Source of the DNA: Macrostomum lignano
Taxonomy: Eukaryota
Length of the DNA: 47,223 nucleotides
Reading direction: 5' to 3'
NCBI GenBank assembly: GCA_002269645.1
Contig: NIVC01003496.1
Span: 47,648 to 94,870, forward strand
Shown here one piece after another: positions 1-15,012 of this stretch. Each line of letters opens with the position of its first letter. Positions within the stretch are counted from its first letter, which is position 1. The notes beneath the pieces were generated by a model. That model did not search any database. It saw only the letters and a list, made by a program, of their open reading frames with translations, and had not been told where the DNA came from. A program made the translations under genes and the position numbers.

Positions 1-397
1 TTCTTTGCACCGCTCTGTTATATTGGCACGTTTAGAACGTACTACGCACTATATTGTATATTGCATGTGTACATAGACCTGTAAAGCTGCACAATGCCTC
101 TGGTCACTTATCTTTTTTTATTATCTGTGCTGTGTAACTTATTGCCTTGTAGAAAAGCTGTCTTTTTAAATAAATTATAAACTGTGTTTTATATCCGAAC
201 AGGTCTACTACTTAGCTTTTAGTTTAGTAGTATTTGCGACAAAAACATTTTCGCGTTAATATTGCCTCCTTCTCTTATGTCTGTCTGTGCATTGGCCTAG
301 AAAATGCCACTTATTTACATTAGTTCTGTACTACATTTGCATCGTTGTGTCACCTTGCGCGTTTCAAAATCGGGCGAGTCGCCTTGATGATAATAAG

Positions 398-779
398 CCT
401 ACCCCAGTTTCCTACCATGTCAACCCCACCCACCAGTTTCCTATCCCGTCAACCTCCACCCCAGCTTCCTACCCCCGCCAACCCCCACCCCAGTTTCCTA
501 ACCCGCCAACCTCCACCCCAGTTTCCTACCCCCGCCAACCTCCACCCCAGTTTCCTACCCCCGCCAACCCCCACCCCAGTTTCCTACCCCGCCAACCCCC
601 ACCCCAGTTTCCTACCCCCGCAACCCCACCCCAGTTTCCTACCCCCGCCAACCCCACCCCAGTTTCCTACCCCACCAACCCCACCCCAGTTTCCTACCCC
701 TGCCAACCCCCACCCAGTTTCCTACCCCGCCAACCCCACCCCAGTTTCCTACCCCGCAAACCCCCACCCAGTTTCCAAT
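398..779. repeat. C-rich minisatellite, ~27-29 bp unit (AACCCCACCCCAGTTTCCTACCCCCGCC)
   Basis: About 13 tandem degenerate copies seen directly; they explain the Pro-rich ORFs 287-826, 345-800 and 639-842. Confidence 0.95.
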
Positions 780-1398
780 TTTATTCAGCCTTCTTTGTAG
801 TCTCTCGTAGACTCTCAGTAAAGTAATAAATACAAGCGTCACATTCCAAGGAGCAGGTTTCTAAAATAAAATATTTTTACCATGACGTTAGGCTGTGCTG
901 CAATCAATGTTTACGCAACTGTAGTTCCAATGTAAAAATTTAGACTAGACTAGATAAGCTTGCACTAATATTTGCACTCATAAATTGCTAATTTTAGCAT
1001 TCAAATCGTTTGCTGTTATTGTGCAATTTTGATTTGTGTTTTTTTTCTGTTGTTCATTCGGCAGCACCGTTATTCAGCGCAGGAAAGAAAATCTCGGAAA
1101 ATTTATAAATAAACAGCCTAAAAGATTTATTGTGAGCTTTACTAATCTGCCGTCCTTTGCGAATCGTTAAAATTTAACTTAAAGTTCAACTTACTAAAGA
1201 AGAATCCATGTCTTTTGCGTGTCAAAGTTCTTTGCAGGTGGTGGGTGGCAATACAGGTAGTTGCTATTAAAATTCCATTGCAAAAGTATTAAATTTTTTT
1301 TACTTTTGCGCTAGATGCACAGTGACATCTTCCAACTGACGGAGACAATCGCTAATTAGGTACAGACTAGAGATAGTCTTCTTTCTTAGAGACAAAAG

Positions 1399-1870
1399 TT
1401 CCTTAATCCACATCCCTATAATAGTCCCCATAATCTAAATTCCTAATAGTCCCCATAATCTAAATTCCTAATAGTCCCCTAAAACGCATCCCTAATAGTC
1501 CCCTAAACCGCATCCTTAAAATCCCTTAATCCACATCCCTAACAATCCCCTAATCCACATCCCTAATAGTCCCCTAATCCAGATCTCCAATAGTTCCCTA
1601 ATCCACATCCCTAATAGTTCCCTAATCCACATCTCTAATAGTTCCCTAATCCACATCCCTAATAGTCCCCTAATCCGTATCCCTAATAGTCCCCTAAACC
1701 GCATCCTTAAAATCCCTTAATACACATCCCTAACAATACCCTAGTCCGTATCCCTAATAGTCCCTTAATCCGTATCCCTAATAGTCCCCTAAACCGCATC
1801 CTTAAAATCCCTTAATACACATCCCTAACAATCCCCTAATCCGCATCCCTAAAAGTCCCTAATCCGCATT
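1399..1870. repeat. Minisatellite, ~24 bp unit (CCCTAATAGTCCCCTAATCCACAT) with longer recurring blocks
   Basis: Tandem CCCTAAT-rich units; the block AAACCGCATCCTTAAAATCCCTTAA recurs near 1506, 1696 and 1791. Confidence 0.9.
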
Positions 1871-2174
1871 CCGCTTAAAATTGACTGCAGCTGCATATGA
1901 TCTACGTACTTATCGAAATACCGAATCGCCCATAGCAACAAGCTGGGAAACATTCTAATCAGCTCAGCAGGAGATCCCACAAACGAGTGACACAAGCTCT
2001 GAAGCGCCTGCTATTGGCTGCAGGATGGAGCGGAGAATGCGACAGGAGCATAGTAAAGCGACATCAGGAGCGGAGTGTACAAATATTCAACCAGCAACTA
2101 TCGGTAAGCTCGATCATTGTAGGATGGAATCATTCTGCGAAGCCTTTTTCTGGTATCGAAAGCAACGCCGCGCA

Positions 2175-2989
2175 ATGCATGGCAACGGCTGTCCTCTTCT
2201 GCTCCTTCTGTTCATCCTCCCAGCCGTCGCCCAAGCCGGCAGCGAGTTGCACAGCGGAGTGTTGCTCGGCGGCTGCCTGGTGCCGCAGACTCCGCAGCAC
2301 TCTCGCTGTCGGCCTCGAGCGCCGGCATGTGCGCCTTCCTGTGCACTCAGCTCCGCCGGCCCTGCGTCGGCTGGAGCCACCGACATGTCTGCAACATGTC
2401 GGACAGCCTGCAACCGGCCAGTCTGACGAACGACACCGACTGCCAGGCGTGGAGCGCCCTGCTCCAGCTCGACTTCATCGCCTTCTGGCCCATGAGCAAC
2501 GCCACTCGGACTCGCAATGCGGTCTCGAACAGCGGCCATCTCGACCTGCAGGGGAAATCCCGATGGAGTACACGGACAATGCCGTCAACTTCACTGGCCA
2601 GTTGGATGTGTCAGAGCGCTTCAACATTGACCAGCTGGCTTCGGTGTGTCTCACCAGCTTCACCCTGTCCATGTGGGTCAAGTTCACCAACCCATCGAGA
2701 AACATTATGCCACTTATTGAGGGCCTCATCATGCCTGGTGCATTTTACCCGCGAATCTGGCTTGAGCTGTCTTTGTCTCGCTTCCAGTTCTTTGTTCTGT
2801 CTCCAGACTCTCACACTTATTCCTGTTTCAATTGATAATGAGACCGGCTGGACTCACGTCACGACCGTGTACGACAGGACGACACCGGCACAAGGACAAC
2901 TTAAGTACGAGCTACACTCGAAATCTATGGTAAATGTTTTGAAGGCAACTTTTCGCCGAGAAATACACTACAGAGATAGGGGGTTTTAA
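2175..2989 (+). pseudogene. Secreted PAN/apple-like + LamG/pentraxin (ConA-like fold) protein, interrupted by three 1-nt frameshifts (pseudogene or consensus error)
   Basis: Stitching three frames gives signal peptide MHGNGCPLLLLLFILPAVAQA, Cys pattern SSAGMCAFLCTQLRRPCVGWSHRHVCNM, then NAVNFTG..FTLSMWVKF..WLEL..WTHVTTVYD. Shifts lie near 2235-2270, at GGGG 2551-2554 and at TTT 2826-2828. Possible donor ATG|GTAAAT at 2929/2930. Confidence 0.6.
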
Positions 2990-3525
2990 TTTTTTCAGCA
3001 TAAAAATTGCTATTGCTTTTGATAGAAGGCAGATCCAGTGTTCATCTTTTCATTTGTTATGCCTTTCCTATTGCCCTATCGATATTCATAAAGCATTTCG
3101 TTCAGAAATAGTTTTAAAGGCAAGGTTTCAACCGGAAAAATACGGAGATAAGAAATTTAACGATTTTCAACACTAAAACAGTGATTGGGTCTCTTAACAG
3201 GGTCAGAGAAAGTCCTAATCACACTATTTTGTGCCTCACATGCTGCTCTAACGACGCATTAACCGATTTTTCATGTTAAATTGGTCTTGTCATTATTTTA
3301 AACGTTTTTTTTCAAGTGCTGATTAAACGGAGTCAACTGGGATACTGAGAATACGGCTCTTCAGCGTTTCCAGCTTGTGTATGTTTTGGATCACTTTACA
3401 ATCATTAAAAAATTTTAACTAAGCCGGGCACTAAGCCTAGTGAAAAATATTTTAGGCACGAATTTAACAGACCCCCTTTTTTGTTTGGGATCAAATTTGG
3501 GACCTTGTTAGTCAGACACACACAC

Positions 3526-3634
3526 AGGTGCACACTCACACAGGAGTGTACAGCGGCCCTAACTTTATTTATCGTTTGGCATGTAAACTTTTCACTGTGT
3601 GCCTTGGCAGTTGGCCCTCAAGGCGGCAGTTAAT
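3526..3634 (-). mobile_element. Degenerate internal fragment of SINE family A (see 39793-40119)
   Basis: CACACTCACACAGGAGTGTACAGCGGCCCTAACTTTATT...CTCAAGGC aligns by eye to 39896-39998. Confidence 0.75.
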
Positions 3635-3745
3635 CTGCCTTGATTTGGCGGAAGTTGCTTGTTGCTACTTGCCGTAGTCAGTCCGTCAGCGTCCAGGTCT
3701 CAGTGTTGTACAGCAGAACGGTCTCGACACCGCCCTTGTCAGCAG

Positions 3746-3830
3746 TTGACCAGCTGACTTCGGTGGGTCCCACCAGATTTAACCTGTCTCTGTGGGTCAA
3801 GGTCACCAACCTATCGACACATGAGATGCT
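3746..3830 (+). pseudogene. Diverged partial duplicate of the LamG coding segment at 2627-2711
   Basis: DQLTSVGPTRFNLSLWVKVTN versus DQLASVCLTSFTLSMWVKFTN; nucleotide colinearity is visible. Confidence 0.8.
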
Positions 3831-4480
3831 TCGGAGTTTCTGAGAGAGCTTTGAGAGACTCTGAAGTTGCTCTGCTGCAGGAGCTGTGCTAAACAGTCCA
3901 TCAATCGTCCTTGTAGTACATTCTTAAAGAGGTTTTCGTCTGAAAAATACATTTTGCTAACATGGACGTGAAGTATAATCTCGTGACTGCTTTAATAGCG
4001 TCTACTTGTGATTTTAGGCAGATCAACCGCTTATCTATTTCTGTTTAACCTTTAATTGGAGGGACGAGAAACTTTGTTTCTTGGAAACTGTCTCGGCTGG
4101 TTGGTTTACAAAAATAGGAAGTTATTTATTCAGAAATGATCACAAAAATGGTGATAGTTTTTACTGGAAGCTGATCTGAAGATCATCTTTCAGTATAAAA
4201 CGTCATCAGAGTTGTAAAAAGCTTTAGTGTACTTTAGTGGAGGAATTCTGCAGTTTGCGATTGAATAAGTCTATTTTTTATATCGTCGATGCGCTGATAC
4301 CTAAAACCAGATATTTGTATATGTACCCGCATTTCTGTCAGTTATACTGCTTTGATGCTAGGTTATGCTTCAGTATGTTATTGCTTTCCCCAAACAGCCT
4401 TGAAAAGTTGAAGGATGGCATCATGGTAGCAGCAAGAATGACAAGAATTTCTCCTGACGCTTTTTTGGAGGGTTGGGGGT

Positions 4481-4550
4481 TAGCAGAGCAGCTCAGCGGC
4501 AACGCGCTGACGACGCCTGAGCCAGAGTCCCGCGGGTTCGATGCCTGCAG
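4481..4550 (+). mobile_element. Possible tRNA-derived SINE head (A/B box remnant)
   Basis: AGCAGCTCAGCGGCAACGCGC (A-box-like) and GGGTTCGATGCC (B-box-like) at tRNA-like spacing. No cloverleaf, TSD or tail confirmed. Confidence 0.35.
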
Positions 4551-5232
4551 TGGCGTAGACTAAATGGAGACTGGGGAAACATCCCTCAGTTATTCCAATC
4601 CTCTAAAAATTTTAATGATCTCCTTCAGTGAGGCAAGGGCTCTCGCCCCCCCCCCCCAGTGAGAGCGGTGTGTGCATGAACTGTGGATCAAATTCGTGAC
4701 TGACACTACTGCGCAATGGCAGTAGCGCGCTGGGCATGGCATAAATGCTTAAAGACTTCTACAGCTAGTGTACAAGCGTGCAATGATAGTTTTTTCGAAA
4801 CTACTAGGACTGCTGGAAATTACTGTTGTATTAAGACGTAATACTTCTGTCCACTTTATACATAGGATTTATTTATACTCTAAAAATTAAAGATCTGAAT
4901 TTCCAAGCACTTAGTGAATGATTTTTGCCGTCCGCTATTACGGCGATCACATGAAGCTGACATGGGCTTCATCAGTTTGTCGACTTAATCAGAAAAAATG
5001 CATCTGGAGACTGCAGTCAAATGCGTCATAATGGAGCCAACTTTTTCATAAAGGAATTACTCATAGAACGAGTGTTACGCCTTGAGCAACCAGAAATTCT
5101 ACTTGTCCTGTTATTCGTATGGATCACGGTAGTCGGTAGAATTAATTGGGACCTTTATTCTTTTTACAACTTTTTGTAAGTCATTGGCACCTAAACTTTG
5201 TGACGTGAGAGTGAGAACCTCTAGAGAAGGAA

Positions 5233-5302
5233 GGCCGTAGCCTAGCAGTCACCTTTATTTGGGTCTTAATTGGTATATCGGCTTGGGTCTGCTCGTGCGA
5301 TT
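5233..5302 (+). mobile_element. Internally deleted copy of SINE family A
   Basis: GGCCGTAGCCTAG joined directly to CAGTCACCTTTATTTGGGTCTTAATTGG..TCGGCTTGGGTCTGCTCGTGC. This matches the start and post-B-box part of the reverse complement of 39793-40119. Confidence 0.65.
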
Positions 5303-5787
5303 GGGGGGGGGGGGCGAACCGCCCAAGACATTGTGGTAGTTTACACACTTAACGTTTAGAATATAAAGTTTCTTTTCTATTTTCATTAGCTTGGGTAACA
5401 TTTGAGTCTATTGATTTAATTCTATAACCAATTTGAAACTCTTGGCGCCCCCATAGCCGTATTGTTCGGTAATGAGTTTGCTCAATTCAACTGCGCTGTG
5501 CAAAAACAAAAATACCCAGATACGCTCGCAGCACTTATTTGTACTTCAGTATATTTTGACGTCAACTCTAGAAAGCACTATTAGGAAAATTCTCGAAGCT
5601 TCTAAGGATTGTAAACAGCTAGCGATTAACTTTAGTCATGACGCATTCAACAAGGTACAAACAATTATTTATATTCAAAACGGTTTGTATCGCAACTATT
5701 TTTTTCTCATGCAACGGACGCATTGCCAGCGATACAGCCTAGTGACAAGAAAGTATTGCAAGCTGCCACCGCATCACCGCTACCGTG

Positions 5788-6775
5788 ATGTCGGAACGTT
5801 CATCAAGCGCTTATCTACGAATAAAACTAAGCGGAACTTCCTGGACGAAGGAGAAGGAAATCGGGCACGGGTGCTTCGGGAAAGTCTTCCAGGGTGAGCT
5901 CCGTACAAATTTGATCACCCTATGCCTGGCATTAGTCACAGGGAAATCGGTTCTCGATTACAGGTAGACTTGAAGATGGAACTCCAATTGCTGCAAAACA
6001 GGTAAAGCTGGAAGCCAGCTCCATGGATCAAATGCACTCACTTGCTGAAAGAGTTGCCAAAGAGTTGGCGATCCTGGAGTCGGTGACGGGCAGTCACAAG
6101 AACATTGTTCGCTACTATGGCTTCTCCATCAGCGTCAGGTCGAAGTCGATTTACTTTCTCATGCAGCACATCGAGGGACCGACTCTGGACTCCTACGTTA
6201 AAAGCATGGCCGGAGCGATGTCTGAGAATGAGATCCGCGTCATCACTCGCCAGCTGCTGTCGGCCCTAGTCTTTGTCCACGCCAAGGGCATTGTGCACAA
6301 GGATGTGAAGCCGGACAACGTACTCATCAGGTCGAGCGACAACGTCGTAAAGCTGATAGACTTCGGCATCGCTGGGATCTGCGGTCATAAACGGGATTCA
6401 ATCGGTCCCATCGCCTATTCGGCCCCCGAGATCACCGACGAGAGCCTCCCGCAGAGCACCAAGTGCGACAGCTTCTCCCTCGGCCTCACTGTGTACTTCA
6501 TGGCCACGAAGAGTCACCCGCTGATGAACGATGGCGCCGAAGCTCTGATGCTGGCCCTCATGCCGATGATGCTGGCCATCAAGATGAGATCACAAGAGCC
6601 TCTGCCGGACATGGATTCTAGCAAGTTCTCAAGCGCGCTGTGCTCTTTCTACAAGAGAAGCACGCATAAGCACCCTAGCAACAGATCTTCCTGCTCAGAG
6701 CTGCTGTTCAAGTCGGAGTTCATGACTGGAGTCAGAGAGAACACCCAGGATGGGCAGTCTTGTGCTATTCAGTAA
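5788..6775 (+). CDS. Ser/Thr protein kinase, STE/MAP3K-like, kinase domain only (305 aa)
   Basis: join(5788..5893,5964..6775) with a 70-bp GT-AG intron (CAGG|GTGAG ... TTACAG|GT) restores the frame. Motifs: IGHGCFGKV, IAAK, alphaC E (VAKE), HKDVKPDN, DFG, YSAPE, CDSFSLG. Confidence 0.92.
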
Positions 6776-7427
6776 CTACTGAGTGCTATGCTTAGCGTTA
6801 AAGTTCAATCTGAAATCTAAACATATGAATTCTGATGATTCCTACTTCATGTATACTTAAACCAGCTATCGTCTGATTTGAAACCACATCTGATCTGAAC
6901 GAACTCAAGTGTTTGTGACATGTACAGATTTGCTTTCCATTATACAAGGGGTTGCCAGCTGGGCCCCAGGAAATGAAACATTTTATCTTTCATTTAACTC
7001 TAACTCCATCTTTTTTGGACAACTCATCCCTAAAGTTATGGTTAAAAATGTGGTACATTTTGGGTCTCTGTCTTACAGAAAAAAATTTGATTGTTTACGT
7101 CAAACTCAAGAGACACTTGTGACTGTTATAGACAAGCTATCAGTAAAATTTTGCCATATACAGCCATCTACTGGTTTTCTTTCCTAAGTAGTTCCTGACT
7201 GCAAATAATCTTTGTAATATAGATTTTGTCAGCCTAACTTTATAATAAAGCCACCCAAACTGAGAATCGATCGGCTAATTGTAAGCCGTGTACTTTATTT
7301 ATTTATTCGAAACAGTGGTTGAGAAAGGTTGTGTTCGGAGGGGGGCTGAGAAAGAGAGAAAAAAGAAAATATGTCGTATTTTCACGAAACCCTCCGTCTT
7401 TTTTGATTTACAAAAATTGCTAGGAAT

Positions 7428-8784
7428 AGTCTGTAGCCAGATCAGACAGTCTGTTAGCCAGATCGGACAGTCTGTAGCCAGATCAGACAGTCTGTAGCCA
7501 GATCAGACAGTCTGTAGCCAGATCAGACAGTCTGTAGCCAGATGAGACAGTCTGTAGCCAGATCAGACAGTCTGTAGCCAGATCAGACAGACTGTAGCCA
7601 GATCAGACAGTCTGTTAGCCAGATCAGACAGTCTGTAGCCAGATCAGAAGTCTGTAGCCAGATCAGACAGTCTGTAGCCAGATCAGACAGTCTGTAGCCA
7701 GATCAGAAGTCTGTAGGCAGATCAGACAGTCTGTAGCCAGATCAGACTGTCTGTAGCCAGATCAGACAGTCTGTAGCCAGATCAGACAGTCTGTAGCCAG
7801 ATCAGACAGTCTGTAGCCAGATCAGACAGTCTGTAGCCAGATTAGATAGTCTGTAGCCAGATCAGATAGTCTGTAGCCAGATTAGATAGTCTGTAGCCAG
7901 ACCAGATAGTCTGTAGCCAGATTAGATAGTCTGTAGCCAGATTAGATAGTCTGTAGCCAGATCAGATAGTCTGTAGCCAGATCAGACAGTCTGTAGCCAG
8001 ATCAGACAGTCTGTAGCCAGATCAGACAGTCTGTAGCCAGATCAGACAGTCTGTAGCCAGATCAGACAGTCTGTAGCCAGATCAGACAGTCTGTAGCCAG
8101 ATCAGACAGTCTGTAGCCAGATCAGACAGTCTGTAGCCAGATCAGACAGTCTGTAGCCAGATCAGACAGTCTGTAGCCAGATCAGACAGTCTGTAGCCAG
8201 ATCAGACAGTCTGTAGCCAGATCAGACAGTCTGTAGCCAGATCAGACAGTCTGTAGCCAGATCAGACAGTCTGTAGCCATATCAGAAGTCTGTAGCCAGA
8301 TCAGACAGTCTGTAGCCAGATCAGACAGTCTGTAGCCAGATCAGACAGTCTGTAGCCAGATCAGACAGTCTGTAGCCAGATCAGACAGTCTGTTAGCCAG
8401 ATCAGAGCCAGATCAGACAGTCTGTTAGCCAGATCAGACAGTCTGTAGCCAGATCAGACAGTCTGTAGCTAGATCAGACAGTCTGTAGCCAGATCAGACA
8501 GTCTGTAGCCAGATCAGACAGTCTGTAGCCAGATCAGACAGTCTGTAGCCAGATCAGACAGTCTGTAGCCAGATCAGACAGTCTGTAGCCAGATCAGACA
8601 GTCTGTAGCCAGATCAGACAGTCTGTAGCCAGATCAGACAGTCTGTAGCCAGATCAGACAGTCTGTAGCCAGATCAGACAGTCTGTAGCCAGATCAGACA
8701 GTCTGTAGCCAGATCAGACAGTCTGTAGCCAGATCAGACAGTCTGTAGCCAGACCAGACAGTCTGTAGCCACACCTGACAGTCT
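7428..8784. repeat. 20-bp satellite (CAGACAGTCTGTAGCCAGAT)n, ~67 units
   Basis: Direct tandem repeat with variant blocks (TTAGATAG units at 7840-7970). Confidence 0.98.
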
Positions 8785-9048
8785 ATATTGGCTGAAGGAG
8801 CAGCCCGACATCCGCACAGCCCCTGATCACAAACTGGTGATCAGGGTGCCACGATGAGATTCCCACACACGATACAGAAACAAGCATTTAAGACATTCGC
8901 CTAACTTTTGTGCCCCAGCGTCAGTTGAGGGGGGGACACTAGAAACGCTAAAGTATTAATTTGCATCATTCTTTATGACCTGTTAATCATGTGCAAAAGT
9001 GCGAAAAGTGCAAAAGTGCCATGATTGCGCAATTCTAGGCTGAACTGC

Positions 9049-9222
<174 letters not shown>

Positions 9223-10436
9223 AGTATGATGCAAAATTACTTAAAAAGAGCGTACGTGCAAAATGAGAGTTAAGAAAATTGAACCGGTTGAATCCAGTTG
9301 AAATTTTTCTTGAGCCGTCTAGAATTTTCTAACCAAAACAAACTAAAGATTGCTAAAGCTAAAACTGAGAATTCTCACAGCAGTATTGCATTAGAAGTGC
9401 AAAAACTTTCGTCAGAAGAGCCGAGAGACACAGCAACTGCCATACCCTGCAGCGAAAAACCTAAAACTGAGGTTGGCGCGGCTGTACTGCTCTACAAACA
9501 AATGTCTGACGTGTGCATTAAACTGTACAGCTGAGTCCTTTCCCTTCCACACTCTACATTGTTCCGAAAGCCATGAAAACGGAGCAGACCCAGCAGTTGA
9601 GTACAGTTGAGCAGCTGAGCAACTATGAAAGCGAGATTTCTCACCCCTTATGCTGTTGTCATTGACAACCGTATAGACAGACTTTCTCTCTACCCTTTTC
9701 CATTGCTCAAGCACAGTCTGTAGGTGGAGCGGTGTCCCAGCAATCTCGTCTATAAATGTAAAGACATGCAATGCCCCTCTCTTTCTCATGGCTGAGAGCG
9801 CCAGAGGCCTGTGGAAAGTCGACCAAACGAGTCGAAGCTCTTTTTAGAGTTTCGATCCTCGCCACACCATCTCACAGATGGTCGACTGGAAGTGGGTCCT
9901 CTCCAGAAGGAGAGGGGCCCCCTCTCTGCACCTGCGCTTACTTCGTCTACTGCTGCGGCTTTCAAGTCCGCGGCGTTGCAACCAGCAGCCACCCTCTCCG
10001 GCTGTCTCTCAACATCGGTTCCTGGGAAGGCGTTGTCCCAGCCTGTCAGGGGCTCCAAGGACGCTAGCGACCCCGCCATCACGCTGTGACCGCGTGCTTT
10101 GGGGTGTCCGGGAGCCCCGATCAACATCACGCAGGCTGGGGCAAAGTGCGCCCTGGGACCACAAAGCGGCTTTGTCTTACGGTTCGGCTTGGAGTGCCAT
10201 GATTGCGCAATTCTAGGCTGAACTGCTAGGCTCCTTTTGTGGTCCGGGGATACTCGACAGACCCCCCATTGCCTTCCTTAAACTGCAACTCAATCAAGTT
10301 GTTGTTGAGAGACAGTCGGTAAGGTGCAACGAAAAGCGTACAGGTGCAAAGACGGATTTGGGCTCTTGCCTTCTGGCGAGGACTCTAATGAATCTATGAG
10401 GGGACGCATTGAGGCTGGGCATCTGGGTAGTAGATC

Positions 10437-11931
<1,495 letters not shown>

Positions 11932-11935
<4 letters not shown>

Positions 11936-13110
11936 CGAGAAAGAGCGAGCGAAGCGAGCTCTTTCGAGCTTGCTTGCCGCAGCCAATCAAGCTGAAAGCA
12001 CGCACACAAGATCACCGGAAACGATTAAGGCAGCTGGAAAGCCAATGGGCGCGGTAAGCGCTTTTATCCAGAGGAACTACCTGCTGGAACCAGCCTGCCG
12101 TTCGAAAATCAGACTACTCAAGTAGTGCAAAAGAGTGCGAGCAACTACGGAGAAATCTAATTTTCGTAACCGCTCCGGTGCAGGTCCTGGCAATAGATGG
12201 TAGATAGCGAGAAAGAGCGAGCGAAGCGAGCTCTTTCGAGCTTGCTTGCCGCAGCCAATCAAGCTGAAAGCACGCACACAAGATCACCGGAAACGATTAA
12301 GGCAGCTGGAAAGCCAATGGGCGCGGTAAGCGCTTTTATCCAGAGGAACTACCTGCTGGAACCAGCCTGCCGTTCGAAAATCAGACTACTCAAGTAGTGC
12401 AAAAGAGTGCGAGCAACTACCGAGAAATCTAATTTTCGTAACCGCTCCTGTGCAGGTCCTGGCAATAGATGGTAGATAGCGAGAAAGAGCGAGCGAAGCG
12501 AGCTCTTTCGAGCTTGCTTGCCGCAGCCAATCAAGCTGAAAGCACGCACACAAGATCACCGGAAACGATTAAGGCAGCTGGAAAGCCAATGGGCGCGGTA
12601 AGCGCTTTTATCCAGAGGAACTACCTGCTGGAACCAGCCTGCCGTTCGAAAATCAGACTACTCAAGTAGTGCAAAAGAGTGCGAGCAACTACCGAGAAAT
12701 CTAATTTTCGTAACCGCTCCTGTGCAGGTCCTGGCAATAGATGGTAGATAGCGAGAAAGAGCGAGCGAAGCGAGCTCTTTCGAGCTTGCTTGCCGCAGCC
12801 AATCAAGCTGAATGCACGCACACAAGATCACCGGAAACGATTAAGGCAGCTGGAAAGCCAATGGGCGCGGTAAGCGCTTTTATCCAGAGGAACTACCTGC
12901 TGGAACCAGCCTGCCGTTCGAAAATCAGACTACTCAAGTAGTGCAAAAGAGTGCGAGCAACTACCGAGAAATCTAATTTTCGTAACCGCTCCGGTGCAGG
13001 TCCTGGCAATAGATGGTAGATAGCGAGAAAGAGCGAGCGAAGCGAGCTCTTTCGAGCTTGCTTGCCGCAGCCAATCAAGCTGAAAGCACGCACACAAGAT
13101 CACCGGAAAC
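11932..13110 (+). repeat. 272-bp tandem repeat, 4 full units + 1 partial, each with a GAAAGAGC-GAGCGAAGCGA-GCTCTTTC hairpin
   Basis: GCGAAGC at 11949, 12221, 12493, 12765 and 13037 gives an exact 272-bp period; the units are nearly identical. Confidence 0.97.
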
Positions 13111-13116
13111 TACCAA

Positions 13117-14529
<1,413 letters not shown>

Positions 14530-15012
14530 TGATTGATTGCTTGCTTGATCGATTGATTTTTTAGGATAAATCCATGGCTGAAACATACTACTTTCCTAGT
14601 GGCAATCAGTAGTTGGCTCGATTTTTGAAAGTTTCGCATATAGTGACAGGGACTAGGAAAGTTTTTTACATTTTTTTCTACGAAGTGCTGAAATTTGACG
14701 GCGTTTCTACATTTTGAATTTTTTATTTAATCAGCTGGCCAAACATTTATTGGCACATTGCAGTTGCAGTTTTGAGTTCATATCGCTGCTTCTACATGTA
14801 AGCGTTCTACCGGGCTAAGAGCACTAGCTTGTTTTTGAAACTGCCGACTATCTTTGCTATTTTATTATTGGACTGTGTCATTTCGGAAAATTTCCCAAGC
14901 TATAGATTCCACAAAAGATTCCTAAGGTGACATATTTTGCATTTATTTATTTACAGCTAATGGACAGGTATTTTGCATTAGTCTTTGATAATGCGCAGAT
15001 CAAGCGTAGAGC

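Noticed and set aside
1399-1870. CCTAA-rich repeat as a subtelomere or telomere
   Set aside because: It is a 24-bp composite unit rather than (TTAGGG)n or (TTAGG)n, and genes flank it; the similarity may be incidental.
4237-7497. ORFs 4237-4563, 5472-5897, 6909-7187 and 7288-7497
   Set aside because: AT-rich, alternative starts and no motifs; 5472-5897 overlaps the kinase exon in the wrong frame.
7428-8784. Palindromic 20-bp repeats as a CRISPR array
   Set aside because: No unique spacers; eukaryotic context.
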